The notes under the pieces: model-generated | Told to the model about the DNA's origin: nothing | Seen by the model: the letters and a program-made list of their open reading frames with translations, nothing else | The model's database searches: none | Program-made: the position numbers and the translations under genes | In this document: positions 48,049-57,091 of the stretch, piece by piece | Position numbering within the stretch: the stretch's first letter is position 1 | Layout of the letters: each line of letters opens with the position of its first letter | Assembly: GCA_018819285.1 (NCBI GenBank) | Contig: JAHJQM010000042.1 | Span: 45,778 to 109,777, forward strand | Length of the DNA: 64,000 bases | Direction of reading: 5' to 3' | Source: Candidatus Omnitrophota bacterium | GTDB taxonomy: Bacteria > Omnitrophota > Gorgyraeia > Gorgyraeales > Gorgyraeaceae

Positions 48049-49299
48049 TTAAATCGCGTCCAAAGCTATTTTCGCAACGCAAATAGTTTTTTCAATATCA
48101 GCCCTGGTGTGACTAAAAGAGAGAAAATTCGCCTCGAATTCAGACTGCGCAAAATATACGCCGGATCCTAGGAGTTTCCTGTAAAACCTCTGGAATTGTC
48201 TTTTCTCTTTGAATTTCAGACTGAACATGGAACCAAAATTCTTCACAACCAGTTCAATATTACGCTCTTTTGCTGACTCCCTGATAGATTCGGCAAGATA
48301 TCCTGTTAGTTCGCTGAGGAAGCTGTATCTATTTTTTAATTTTCCCAATTCTCTTAGGGTTGACAGGCCTGATTGCATTACCACAGGATTCCCTGCAAAT
48401 GTAGATGCCTGGTAGACATCGCCCAGGGGCGCCAGATGATTCATTATCTCTTCTTTTGCCCCATACGCTCCTATGGGCAAACCCCCTCCGATAATCTTGC
48501 CAAGGCAGATAATGTCAGGGACAATGCCCAATTTCCAGCTTAGGGAGCCGAAATCAAAACGAAATCCTGTCATAACTTCATCTGCTATCAATAAAGCCCT
48601 ATTTTTCGCAATGATAGCCCTCAGATATTTTAAAAAATCAATATCCGGAGGCATTACCCCGTAATTCCCGCCGCACGGTTCAAATATCACCGCTGCTATT
48701 TTCTTTCCGTGTTTTTTAAAAATATTTCTTACAGCTTTTTTATCACCATATCCGGATATGAGTGTGTCCTTTATAAAATCATGTGGCACACCCGCGCTCG
48801 CAGGAAGCCCTAGCGTTGCAAGTCCGGAACCAGCTTTTACAAGCAGGTAATCTGCATGACCGTGATAAGAGCGCTCGAATTTAAGTATCTTATCCCTCTT
48901 TGTATATCCGCGCGCCAGTCTCACTGCGCCCATAACAGCCTCTGTCCCGGAACTCACAAACCTTATTTTTCCTATAAACGGGATCGCCTTCATGATTATT
49001 TCCGCCAGCCCTACCTCATACTCATTTGTAGTGCCGAAACCCAAGCCGTTTTCAATTACTTTTTTTATATCCTTTATAACGCCTGGATTCGCGTGGCCAA
49101 GGATAAGACTGCCCCACGAAAGCACATAATCTATATACTTATTACCGTCGTAGTCGTAGACTTTTGAATCACGGCCTTTCTTAATTATCAGCGGATCGCA
49201 CCCTGCATAATTAAAAGCGCGCACCGGGCTATTGACGCCACCCACAAGATATTCCCGCGCTTCAGCGAATAATTCAGAATCTATAGTTCTTTTAGCCAT
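48049..49299 (-). CDS. hemL: Glutamate-1-semialdehyde 2,1-aminomutase HemL
   Basis: The 416-aa class-III aminotransferase has the motifs YHGHADYLLVKAGSG and a PLP lysine region. Confidence 0.9.
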   Translation of the reverse strand: MAKRTIDSELFAEAREYLVGGVNSPVRAFNYAGCDPLIIKKGRDSKVYDYDGNKYIDYVLSWGSLILGHANPGVIKDIKKVIENGLGFGTTNEYEVGLAEIIMKAIPFIGKIRFVSSGTEAVMGAVRLARGYTKRDKILKFERSYHGHADYLLVKAGSGLATLGLPASAGVPHDFIKDTLISGYGDKKAVRNIFKKHGKKIAAVIFEPCGGNYGVMPPDIDFLKYLRAIIAKNRALLIADEVMTGFRFDFGSLSWKLGIVPDIICLGKIIGGGLPIGAYGAKEEIMNHLAPLGDVYQASTFAGNPVVMQSGLSTLRELGKLKNRYSFLSELTGYLAESIRESAKERNIELVVKNFGSMFSLKFKEKRQFQRFYRKLLGSGVYFAQSEFEANFLSFSHTRADIEKTICVAKIALDAI

Positions 49300-50201
49300 T
49301 TTGCGACATCCTTAGCGTGATATGTAATTATCAGGTCCGCACCCGCGCGCTTAATAGAAGCTAATATTTCAAAAACCATTTTTTTCTCATCCCACAGGCC
49401 TTGCCTTGCCCCGTATTTCACAAAGGCATATTCACCGCTTACGTTATAAGCGGCCAAAGAATGATTAAATTTCGATCTCGCCTCTTTAATCACATCTAGA
49501 TAACTGAGAGCAGGTTTTACCATCACAATATCCGCCCCTTCCTTTATATCATCCACTATCTTTTTGAGCGCCTGCTTTCCATCCCTAAAATCAAGCTGAT
49601 ACGGCCTTCTATCCCCGGACCGAGGAGCAGAAGAGGCGGCATTGCGGAAAGGCCCGTAGAAATTTGAAGCAAACTTTGCAGAGTACCCCATGATCTTTGT
49701 ATCTTTAAAGCCATTTTTATCTAAAGTTTTTCTTATGGCTGAAACCTGGTTTTTCGCCATAGCTGAAGGCGCCACCCAGTCTGCTCCTGAAGCAGCGTGC
49801 GACAGAGCTATTTTTGAAAGGGCCTCCAGCGTCTTTTTATTGTCAGGCCCTTTTGCGTCTTTTTTTAACACCCTGCAGTGGCCGTGCGTCGTGTAGGCGC
49901 ACAGGCAAACATCGGTCATTACAACAATATCCCTAAACTCCTGTTTAATTTTTTTTACTGCTCTAGCCACAATATTATCTAGTGCGTACGCGCTTCTCGC
50001 ATCAGGATATTTACTTAAAGGTATGCCGAAGAGTAAAATCTTTCTTACGCCAAGCTGCCTCGTCTCTTCAATATCTCCCAGGAGCCTGTCTATAGAAAAC
50101 CTGTAAACGCCCGGAAAAGATTTTATAGCACTTTTTTTATTTACGCCTTCCTGGATAAAATAAGGATAAATCAGGTCATCTTTTGTTATATTTATGCTCA
50201 T
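49281..50201 (-). CDS. hemB: Porphobilinogen synthase HemB (ALA dehydratase)
   Basis: The 306-aa ORF has the metal-binding motif DVCLCAYTTHGHCR and an active-site lysine region (VMVKPAL). Confidence 0.9.
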   Translation of the reverse strand: MSINITKDDLIYPYFIQEGVNKKSAIKSFPGVYRFSIDRLLGDIEETRQLGVRKILLFGIPLSKYPDARSAYALDNIVARAVKKIKQEFRDIVVMTDVCLCAYTTHGHCRVLKKDAKGPDNKKTLEALSKIALSHAASGADWVAPSAMAKNQVSAIRKTLDKNGFKDTKIMGYSAKFASNFYGPFRNAASSAPRSGDRRPYQLDFRDGKQALKKIVDDIKEGADIVMVKPALSYLDVIKEARSKFNHSLAAYNVSGEYAFVKYGARQGLWDEKKMVFEILASIKRAGADLIITYHAKDVAKWLKEL

Positions 50202-50919
50202 ATATCCTCTTTCCGTAATCTACTATCTTTCCCACGATAAATATCGCGGGCGACTGCACAGAAAATCTCTCTGCAAGTTCTACGATAGTATCAAGCCTTC
50301 CTGTAACAATCCTCTCCCCATTGGTGGTGCCGCGCTCAATAATGGCGCAAGACGAATTTTTATCCCTTTTTGAACGGATAATTGCATTCACAACTTTTTT
50401 AATGTTTCCTATTGCCATCAGATAGATCAGCGTATCGCATCTAGGCGCGTCTATCTTCCCGCCATTACTCTTCCTACCTGTCAGGATAGCTACAGAAGAA
50501 AATCTGCCTTTTCTTGTCAGAGGTATGCCGAAACTCGCAGGCGCGGCAAATGCCGAAGTGATCCCGGGGATGATTTCAAAATCAATGCCTTTATTTTTTA
50601 AATAAAGTGCCTCCTCAATACCCCTACTGAAAAGAAACGGGTCCCCTCCTTTAAGCCTCACTACGGATTCCCCACTTACCGCATATTTAAAGAGCAGTTT
50701 GTTTATCTCATGCTGCTCTTTAAGGTGCATGCCGTCCCGTTTGCCCACGCATATAACCCTGGCATTTTTTTTCGCAAAGCGTAAAAGCTCATCTGTCGCC
50801 AGGAAATCATACAGAATGACATTCGCCTTTTTTAATTTTTCAAGGCCTTTAACGCTTATAAGTTTCCAGTCCCCTGGCCCTGCGCCTATGATATATACTT
50901 TTCCTTTTTTATTTTTCAT
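50176..50919 (-). CDS. cobA: Uroporphyrinogen-III C-methyltransferase (CobA/SirA)
   Basis: The SAM-methyltransferase signatures VYIIGAGPGD and VVRLKGGDPF are present. The true start is probably MKNKKGK at 50919 with an AGGAGG RBS; the ORF-track start at 50949 lacks an RBS. Confidence 0.85.
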   Translation of the reverse strand: MKNKKGKVYIIGAGPGDWKLISVKGLEKLKKANVILYDFLATDELLRFAKKNARVICVGKRDGMHLKEQHEINKLLFKYAVSGESVVRLKGGDPFLFSRGIEEALYLKNKGIDFEIIPGITSAFAAPASFGIPLTRKGRFSSVAILTGRKSNGGKIDAPRCDTLIYLMAIGNIKKVVNAIIRSKRDKNSSCAIIERGTTNGERIVTGRLDTIVELAERFSVQSPAIFIVGKIVDYGKRIYEHKYNKR

Positions 50920-51562
50920 GGATCCTCCTGAATATCTCAAATAGATCAATTCTATCCTTACGGATCTGCACTGCCAGCCTGCCCTGCAAAGGATGCGGCG
51001 GCATAATATCTTCCGGTATTATCTGGCTAATTCTATATTCTAACCCCAGCCTTAATAACGCGGCATGCGCGATAATAACTGCGTCAAAATCTCCTTTATC
51101 CAGCTGCTCAAGCCGTTCCTCTATATTGCCGCGGATATCCTTTATTATCAGGTCAGGCCTGAACCTTACTACCGCTTCTTTTCTTTTACTGCTGGATGTC
51201 CCCACTATGGCGCTGCGCCATAAATTCCCCAATGCTAGATTGCCTTTTGAAACAAGGCTTTCTAGTTGACTGATAGAACGCGTTAAAGCGGCTATCGTTA
51301 GAGCCTCCGGCATATTTTTTTCTAGATCCTTTGCACTATGGACCGCAACATCTATTTTTCTATCAATAAGGGCCTGCTCTATCTCGCAGGTAAAAAAATC
51401 GCTTTCTTCATGGTCCAAAAGAGTGGCCTTTTTATCCTTATCGCCCGCTGTTTCAATAGAAATGACTTCCATTTGAAGCCATGGCAAAAGTTCCTGTACT
51501 TCTTCAGCCTGCTTGAGGGCAAGCTTTGAAGGACGCACGCCAACTCTAATCTTATCCGACAT
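50909..51562 (-). CDS. hemC: Porphobilinogen deaminase HemC, domains 1-2 only. Domain 3 with the cofactor cysteine is absent.
   Basis: The N-terminus IRVGVRPSKLALKQAEEV and conserved HSAKDL, RGNIEERL and LAVQIR segments align with HemC through about residue 215 of the E. coli enzyme. The ORF then stops, and its stop codon overlaps the cobA RBS/start. Confidence 0.75.
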   Translation of the reverse strand: MSDKIRVGVRPSKLALKQAEEVQELLPWLQMEVISIETAGDKDKKATLLDHEESDFFTCEIEQALIDRKIDVAVHSAKDLEKNMPEALTIAALTRSISQLESLVSKGNLALGNLWRSAIVGTSSSKRKEAVVRFRPDLIIKDIRGNIEERLEQLDKGDFDAVIIAHAALLRLGLEYRISQIIPEDIMPPHPLQGRLAVQIRKDRIDLFEIFRRIHEK

Positions 51563-52529
51563 ATACAGCCTCCGAACGTTCCCTGACTGCGTTTTCTATT
51601 AAATCCGAAGCAAAGCTGGTCCTATCTTTCTTCTCAATATTGCACCTCCGGAATAATCCATTCAGATCCTCCAAGTTATTCAATAAGATGCCTTTCATTC
51701 TTGCTGCATCAGGCTCTATATCCCGCGGCACAGCCAGATCATACACATAAAGCTCGCGAGCGCGCTTTGAAACCACATCTTTAAAATGGTTTTTTTCTAA
51801 AATATAATGCGGGCTGGAAGTGGCGCTTATAAATATATCTGCATCCAAGAGAAGCCCTGCCAGATATTTAAAGGTATATGCCTTTCCGCCTGAAGCCCTT
51901 GCGAGCGATTCAGCCTTTACGTAATTTTTATGCGCCACAAAACTCAGGCTCGCCTGAGGCATCCTGTATCGCGCAAAAAGCTCCGCAATCTTTCCTGTAC
52001 CTGCCACTATCACCTTAAACGGGCCTAATGACCCTCTCCGGTTTATAAAATCATAATAAATAAGAAGCGCGATATTATCATCATGCGTATTAAGGCTCGC
52101 CTCTATACGAATTTTCTTTGATAAAAAAATTATCTCTTGCCAGAAATTCTTAAGCGCAAGGTTAAAAGATTCTTTCCCTGACCATGCCTCTAGCTGGTTT
52201 AAGATCTGAAGCTCACCATGAAGCTGCGATTCCAGGCCACAGCTAAGCCTCAAGCCATGCCTAAAAACCTCATCCTTTCCGTATTTGAAATACGCTCTCC
52301 TGGAAAAATCCGGAAAAGCCCTGCTGAATTCAGATATGCAGCTAAAAGCCTCTTCAGGGCATTCCGCTAGCCCGTAAATCTCTATCCTGTTGCAGGTAAA
52401 AAGCGCCTCTATTCTGCCTGGATGAGCGGACACCCAAAAATCAGCAATATTTCCGCGCTTCCTATAAATATTTTCCCTGACACTAAGAGAAGCGCTTTTG
52501 TAATCTACGCCTGTAAGATAAAAATACAT
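51552..52529 (-). CDS. hemA: Glutamyl-tRNA reductase HemA (short, 325 aa)
   Basis: The active-site region is LFTCNRIEIYG. Also present are GELQILNQ and the NADPH-binding motif VIVAGTGKIAELFA. The C-terminal dimerisation domain appears shortened. The 5' end overlaps sirC by 47 bp. Confidence 0.8.
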   Translation of the reverse strand: MYFYLTGVDYKSASLSVRENIYRKRGNIADFWVSAHPGRIEALFTCNRIEIYGLAECPEEAFSCISEFSRAFPDFSRRAYFKYGKDEVFRHGLRLSCGLESQLHGELQILNQLEAWSGKESFNLALKNFWQEIIFLSKKIRIEASLNTHDDNIALLIYYDFINRRGSLGPFKVIVAGTGKIAELFARYRMPQASLSFVAHKNYVKAESLARASGGKAYTFKYLAGLLLDADIFISATSSPHYILEKNHFKDVVSKRARELYVYDLAVPRDIEPDAARMKGILLNNLEDLNGLFRRCNIEKKDRTSFASDLIENAVRERSEAVYVG

Positions 52530-52977
52530 CCCAGTTCTCCTTTAAAAAATTCTTCAGGTCCCGCGAAAACTTGGGATCCTTTCCATTAGTATATACAGTC
52601 ACTATAGTTTTCCCCGCGCGTAAAACAGCAGGTGAGATAAAATCGCTAAGACTGGCCTGGTCCACTACATTGATTAATATTTTACGTTTTTTCGCCCAGG
52701 CTCTGACCCTTTTATTTATTGCTGAATCAGAGGTAGAGGCAACAATAAGATCTGCTGAATCCAAGTCCCGGGAACTGAATCTTTTCCTAAGCCATTCTAT
52801 TCTGCCAGATTCAGACAGCTGATTCAGTCCAGGCGTTGCATCAGGAGATATTAAACGCACCTTGCTTCCAGCTTCAAGTAGAGAATCGACCTTGCGCTCA
52901 GCAACCTTGCCCCCACCTACCACAACAGTAATTTTATTTTTTAACTTAATTGCTATAGGATAATACTCTCTTGTCAT
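52483..52977 (-). CDS. Precorrin-2 dehydrogenase / sirohydrochlorin ferrochelatase (SirC, CysG N-terminal-domain type)
   Basis: The Rossmann motif is IAIKLKNKITVVVGGGKVAERKVDSLLEAGSKVRLISPD, followed by the SirC-like motif INVVDQ. Confidence 0.7.
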   Translation of the reverse strand: MTREYYPIAIKLKNKITVVVGGGKVAERKVDSLLEAGSKVRLISPDATPGLNQLSESGRIEWLRKRFSSRDLDSADLIVASTSDSAINKRVRAWAKKRKILINVVDQASLSDFISPAVLRAGKTIVTVYTNGKDPKFSRDLKNFLKENWDVFLSYRRRLQKRFS

Positions 52978-52978
52978 A

Positions 52979-53767
52979 TTATTTTGCCTTTAACGGCCTG
53001 GTATGGATGCCGCATTCACCGCCGCATTTACTTGTGCCTATCCAACGTCCTGCGCGCTCGTTATCGTCATTTGTTATCTTTGTACATGGTGCGCATCCAA
53101 GCGACCTGTAACCTTCTGCATAAAGAGGATTTACCGGGACTTCATATAAGGCAAGATACTGCCACACTTCGCGCTCTTTCCAGATAAGGATGGGATTAAG
53201 CTTGACTAGCCCTTTGTCTCTTTCTTCCACCTCCTGAAAATCTGTCCTGGTCCGGCCTTCTGTGCAACGCAGGCCTGTTACCCAGCACCCCACGCCCATT
53301 TCTTCAATGGCCCGCTTAACAGGCTCTACCTTTAATATATCACAGCATTTGTCAGGGCTTGTCTCGTAAAGCCTTTCCGATATTTTGGAATCATTTTTAT
53401 AAACCTTGAGCTCCGGATATTTCTTCACAGTCTCATTCATGAACTTGACAGTCTCTTTTGGTTTAAACCTCGTGGTAACAATAAATCCGCGAATTTTAGG
53501 GTTCACTCTTTTTGCAAGATCCCATACAGCCACTGAATCCTTGCCAAGGCTGTTTGCGACAACGAGCAAATCTCCGTATTTTTCATACATCTCCCTAATC
53601 AATTCCTTTGACCTTTCTACTTTCTCTTTAAAATTCAATGTTTCTACGAGCACCTTCAAATCTTCCTTTTCCGCCAATAAACCCATTTTACTCCCCCTTT
53701 CTTTTTTAAATCTGATAATCTGATCCTTTAATTCTCCCGAATTTGACCTTATTCCAGATTCGTTCAT
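52979..53767 (-). CDS. cysH: Adenylylsulfate (APS/PAPS) reductase, CysH family with Fe-S cysteine pairs
   Basis: The PP-loop is SLGKDS. The C-terminal CysH signature is ECGIH. Additional CC...CxxC cysteines (CCDILKVEP; GCAPCTK) are typical of Fe-S-containing APS reductases. Confidence 0.75.
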   Translation of the reverse strand: MNESGIRSNSGELKDQIIRFKKERGSKMGLLAEKEDLKVLVETLNFKEKVERSKELIREMYEKYGDLLVVANSLGKDSVAVWDLAKRVNPKIRGFIVTTRFKPKETVKFMNETVKKYPELKVYKNDSKISERLYETSPDKCCDILKVEPVKRAIEEMGVGCWVTGLRCTEGRTRTDFQEVEERDKGLVKLNPILIWKEREVWQYLALYEVPVNPLYAEGYRSLGCAPCTKITNDDNERAGRWIGTSKCGGECGIHTRPLKAK

Positions 53768-53927
53768 GTATATAATATAGGAACATCTTTACAATATCAA
53801 TGCCTGCGCCTACATAAAGAGCTTGTTTTATGTTTTTTGTGTAGGCAAAAATAATAGACATTGTTAAGATAAAACTGAATATGCGCCATGATAATGTTTT
53901 TAGTATTGACCTGTTTCTATGTTCCAC
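53706..53927 (-). CDS. Small membrane protein (DUF2061-like)
   Basis: The 73-aa sequence (TLSWRIFSFILT...DIVKMFLYYIHERIWNKV) resembles the DUF2061 family, which is commonly found beside sulfate-assimilation genes. Confidence 0.4.
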   Translation of the reverse strand: MEHRNRSILKTLSWRIFSFILTMSIIFAYTKNIKQALYVGAGIDIVKMFLYYIHERIWNKVKFGRIKGSDYQI

Positions 53928-54283
53928 TGTTAAACCTCTGCATTAATTTAATTCCTGATTATATAATCATAAAAAAACCGCTTATCGTTTTTCTTTTTTT
54001 CCAGTAGCGGCTTACCTCATCCTGCTGGTTATATCTTGATTATTTTTACATGGGCAGGCCTCTCTTTATTCTATTCTCTATAATCTCTATCATATTAATA
54101 GAGTTTAGCATATGAACTTTGTTTTGTCAAGTATTTTTTTAAAATTTTTTAGTAGGTAGAATTCCTTTTGACACCTGATGGCATAAAAAATACCTTGATT
54201 AACGATATTAACCAGGGTTATCTATCATGTTCATTTAGCGTCTCCATAATCTAAACTATCAGCCCTGCGATAGAATATCTCCT

Positions 54284-55612
54284 TTATAATAGCGATTGTT
54301 TTTTCGGTAACATAATACTAAAAATACTGCCTTTGCCTTCCTCGCTATCTACCCAGATCCTTCCATGATGCCTTTCAACAACCTGCTTGGCCATTGAGAG
54401 GCCCAGACCTGTGCCGTCTCTTTCCAGTTCCTTTGCATTAGTAGCGCGGTAGAATTCATTAAAAATATTCGGCAGTTCGTTCTTAGGTATCCCGATGCCG
54501 TTATCGCTGATTTGTATCAGCACTAAATTGTCTTTATCCTCTATGGTTATCTCAACCTTCCCGCCTCTCGGAGTATACTTCACCGAATTAGCCAGAAGAT
54601 TTGCTATGGTTTCCTCTACATAAACCTGCGCGCCTTTTATAAGCCCAATTCCGATATTAATATGGCGGCTTATGGATATGCCTTTAGCCTTTGCCTTTGG
54701 ATCCACTAGAATAATTGCACTTTCCGCAGTTTTAACAAGAGAAAACTCTTTCATTTCTATATCTTTACTCAATTTGATGCGCGTTATATCCAATAGCGCT
54801 TTTATAAAAAATATAAGCTTGCTTGTCCTTTCACCGGCTCTACGTATCAGATCTTTCTGTCCAGAGTTAAGCTCTCCAAGCATGCCTTCTGCCACAGGCT
54901 CAATACAGCTCTGTATTGCAGAGATGTGCTCTTTTATATCATGGGTTACGCGTAAAACATATTCGCTTTTTATCCTGTCTTTTTCTTCCAGAAGCAGATT
55001 TGCCTCTTTCAGGCTTTTTTCCCTATCTTTTAACCTTATTGAAATAGAGCTCGCCATATACGCGGCCAGATACAGAGTGGTGATAAACGCAAAAGATGTT
55101 CCGAATATATATACCTTATTCATATAAAGGTCATTTACCACAAATCCCTTCAGGCAATAATGGTCCAGGATATTAAAATATTCCAGGCCTACCATTAATA
55201 TAAAAAAACATGCTGCGAATGTGGCCTGCAGGAAGCTCGCCCTCCTGGAAAGCAGGATACTTGCAATAATCATATGGAAAATAAAATAGAATATGAACGG
55301 ATTTTCTATGCCACCTGAAAAATGTATAAGGGAGGTAAGTGCGAAGAGGTCCAGGGCAATCTGGAGATTGGCAATAACATTTGTCCTGGTTTCAATATCC
55401 GGAAGCTGTTTTTTTCTGATATGCCTTACATACAAAAAAAATAAAAGATTATACAGGCCTATCAGGATAGAAATTAAATATAGAGGGAAAAACGGGAGAG
55501 AAAGTCTTACTATTTTTTGTACAACGAAAACTGTGAGGATTACGCCTGTAACCGCAATCCATCGCAATCTGATAAGCCAATTGATTCTCTCTAAAAGGCC
55601 TTCATATTTCAT
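54284..55612 (-). CDS. Sensor histidine kinase with polytopic (about 6 TM) N-terminal sensor domain
   Basis: The H-box is VTHDIKEHISAIQS. N/G boxes are present (LLANSVKYTPRGG; DNGIGIP; GTGLGLSMAKQVVERHHGRIWVDSEEGKGSIFSIMLP). Confidence 0.85.
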   Translation of the reverse strand: MKYEGLLERINWLIRLRWIAVTGVILTVFVVQKIVRLSLPFFPLYLISILIGLYNLLFFLYVRHIRKKQLPDIETRTNVIANLQIALDLFALTSLIHFSGGIENPFIFYFIFHMIIASILLSRRASFLQATFAACFFILMVGLEYFNILDHYCLKGFVVNDLYMNKVYIFGTSFAFITTLYLAAYMASSISIRLKDREKSLKEANLLLEEKDRIKSEYVLRVTHDIKEHISAIQSCIEPVAEGMLGELNSGQKDLIRRAGERTSKLIFFIKALLDITRIKLSKDIEMKEFSLVKTAESAIILVDPKAKAKGISISRHINIGIGLIKGAQVYVEETIANLLANSVKYTPRGGKVEITIEDKDNLVLIQISDNGIGIPKNELPNIFNEFYRATNAKELERDGTGLGLSMAKQVVERHHGRIWVDSEEGKGSIFSIMLPKKQSLL

Positions 55613-55618
55613 GCAGGG

Positions 55619-56041
55619 TTATTTGGCTTTGAGCAATTTTTCAACCTTTTCCAGTAATTCCTGTGGCTTAAGAGGTTTCTCCACATAATCGTCAACCGGA
55701 AGCCATGTTTCATCGCCTGCTTCTTTTTTAAAATCCATACCTATCTTGTCCTTAATAGCCGTAAGCATAAGTATCGGTATGTGCTTATAATTTTTATCGT
55801 TTCTGATCTCCCTGGCTACCTCAAAACCTTTATCCATAGTCTCCATCATGACATCCAATATCACAAGGTCCGGTTTCTCAAGTTTTATCTTTTTCAAGCC
55901 CTCTGCCCCGCTCTTGGCGCTTACAACTTTATAGTCCTTGCTTTCCAGAACTACGCGCATTGCTTCAACTATATCAGGGTCGTCGTCAATAATCAAAATT
56001 CTGGCCATACCTAGCCTCCTTAATCTGCTTTCCTCAGCCAA
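55619..56041 (-). CDS. Single-domain response regulator (CheY-like receiver)
   Basis: The 140-aa ORF has the motifs ILIIDDDPDIVE..., DLVILDVMM and LTAIKDK, with Asp and Lys in canonical positions. Confidence 0.85.
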   Translation of the reverse strand: MAEESRLRRLGMARILIIDDDPDIVEAMRVVLESKDYKVVSAKSGAEGLKKIKLEKPDLVILDVMMETMDKGFEVAREIRNDKNYKHIPILMLTAIKDKIGMDFKKEAGDETWLPVDDYVEKPLKPQELLEKVEKLLKAK

Positions 56042-56487
56042 ATATCATAAACATCCAGCAAAAAGAGAGAAAGAAAAATCATTGCTAAAAAAGTACCTGC
56101 GAATTCCAATACCCAGCTGAAAAAAACCTGATTTCCATAAGGGATAAGCCACATTGAGGCTATATCGATAATAATCACTAGAAACGGAAGAATGGCAAAA
56201 ATCCTTTTCATCTTTTCCGAATAGGAAGTAAACATAAATAGCGCTGCGGGCAAAGCAAGAAGATAAAGCGCATAATAAGGAAGATACTTATGCGTATGAT
56301 CTGCCAGTTCCATGGACTCCATTGAACCGTATGCCTTTGCAATCAATGCCGGTTTCATTTCCGTATCCTGCCATATATGAAGAAGCAGGGAAAGATAAAC
56401 TAGCCCCACCATACATAATAAAGTCGTCATCAATAATTTTGCGCTTATCGGCGCTTTTGAAAGCCTTATTTTTTCCATCTTAGCCAT
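56020..56487 (-). CDS. Hypothetical 4-TM membrane protein (possible partner of the FMN-binding protein)
   Basis: The 155-aa ORF has four hydrophobic helices. It lies immediately downstream of the FMN-binding protein gene. Confidence 0.4.
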   Translation of the reverse strand: MAKMEKIRLSKAPISAKLLMTTLLCMVGLVYLSLLLHIWQDTEMKPALIAKAYGSMESMELADHTHKYLPYYALYLLALPAALFMFTSYSEKMKRIFAILPFLVIIIDIASMWLIPYGNQVFFSWVLEFAGTFLAMIFLSLFLLDVYDIWLRKAD

Positions 56488-56499
56488 ACCTCCTTCCTT

Positions 56500-57090
56500 T
56501 TACTTGTTAAGATAAAGTTCCTCATATAGAACAATAGCCTTTTTTACGGCAAACGTGGCGCAACGCGAAGAAATCGTAGCCCCGCTCACGCCTGTAATAT
56601 CCTTTCCCACAGTAAGTTTGGACTTGCTGGTTTTGCCATCATACTGACTAAGATAGCTTCGGCGCGCAATAGGCTTGCCCCTCTTTTCTTCATAACTTAA
56701 TACCTCTACCCTGATTACAGCACCATCAAGGTCTAAAGCTATGATAAAATCCACTGGCCCCCATTTCCCAGGCTCCTCATCAAAAATAACCACACCAGTC
56801 TTTGTGCCATTTTTTGAAGCAAAATGAAACTCAATGCTGGTATCGGCCTCAACCTCTTTTGACTTCGATCCTTTCTGAAAATAAACAAGGCTTCCGTCCA
56901 GCCTCTCCCTGATTTTGGATAACTCCGGATCAGCGAGCTCCTTTGTTTCAATGGTGATATCTACGCCTTCTCCGAAAACTTTTTTCAAGGCGTCTTCTCT
57001 TGTCATAAGACGAACCGCATAAGTAACTCCTGAAAAACTAAACCAGATGCATAGCGCTACGGTTAAAAATAAAATACACTTTCTAAACAT
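56500..57090 (-). CDS. Secreted FMN-binding domain protein (FMN_bind; substrate of ApbE flavinylation)
   Basis: The ORF has a signal peptide and the flavinylation motif DITGVSGATISS ([S/T]GAT[I/S]S, with Thr the covalent-FMN acceptor). Its start codon abuts the apbE stop. Confidence 0.7.
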   Translation of the reverse strand: MFRKCILFLTVALCIWFSFSGVTYAVRLMTREDALKKVFGEGVDITIETKELADPELSKIRERLDGSLVYFQKGSKSKEVEADTSIEFHFASKNGTKTGVVIFDEEPGKWGPVDFIIALDLDGAVIRVEVLSYEEKRGKPIARRSYLSQYDGKTSKSKLTVGKDITGVSGATISSRCATFAVKKAIVLYEELYLNK

Positions 57091-57091
57091 G

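Noticed and set aside
53961-54010. Possible terminator hairpin between the DUF2061 gene and the histidine kinase gene
   Set aside because: The complementarity (ccgct/agcgg) is only 5 bp with a long loop, too weak to call.
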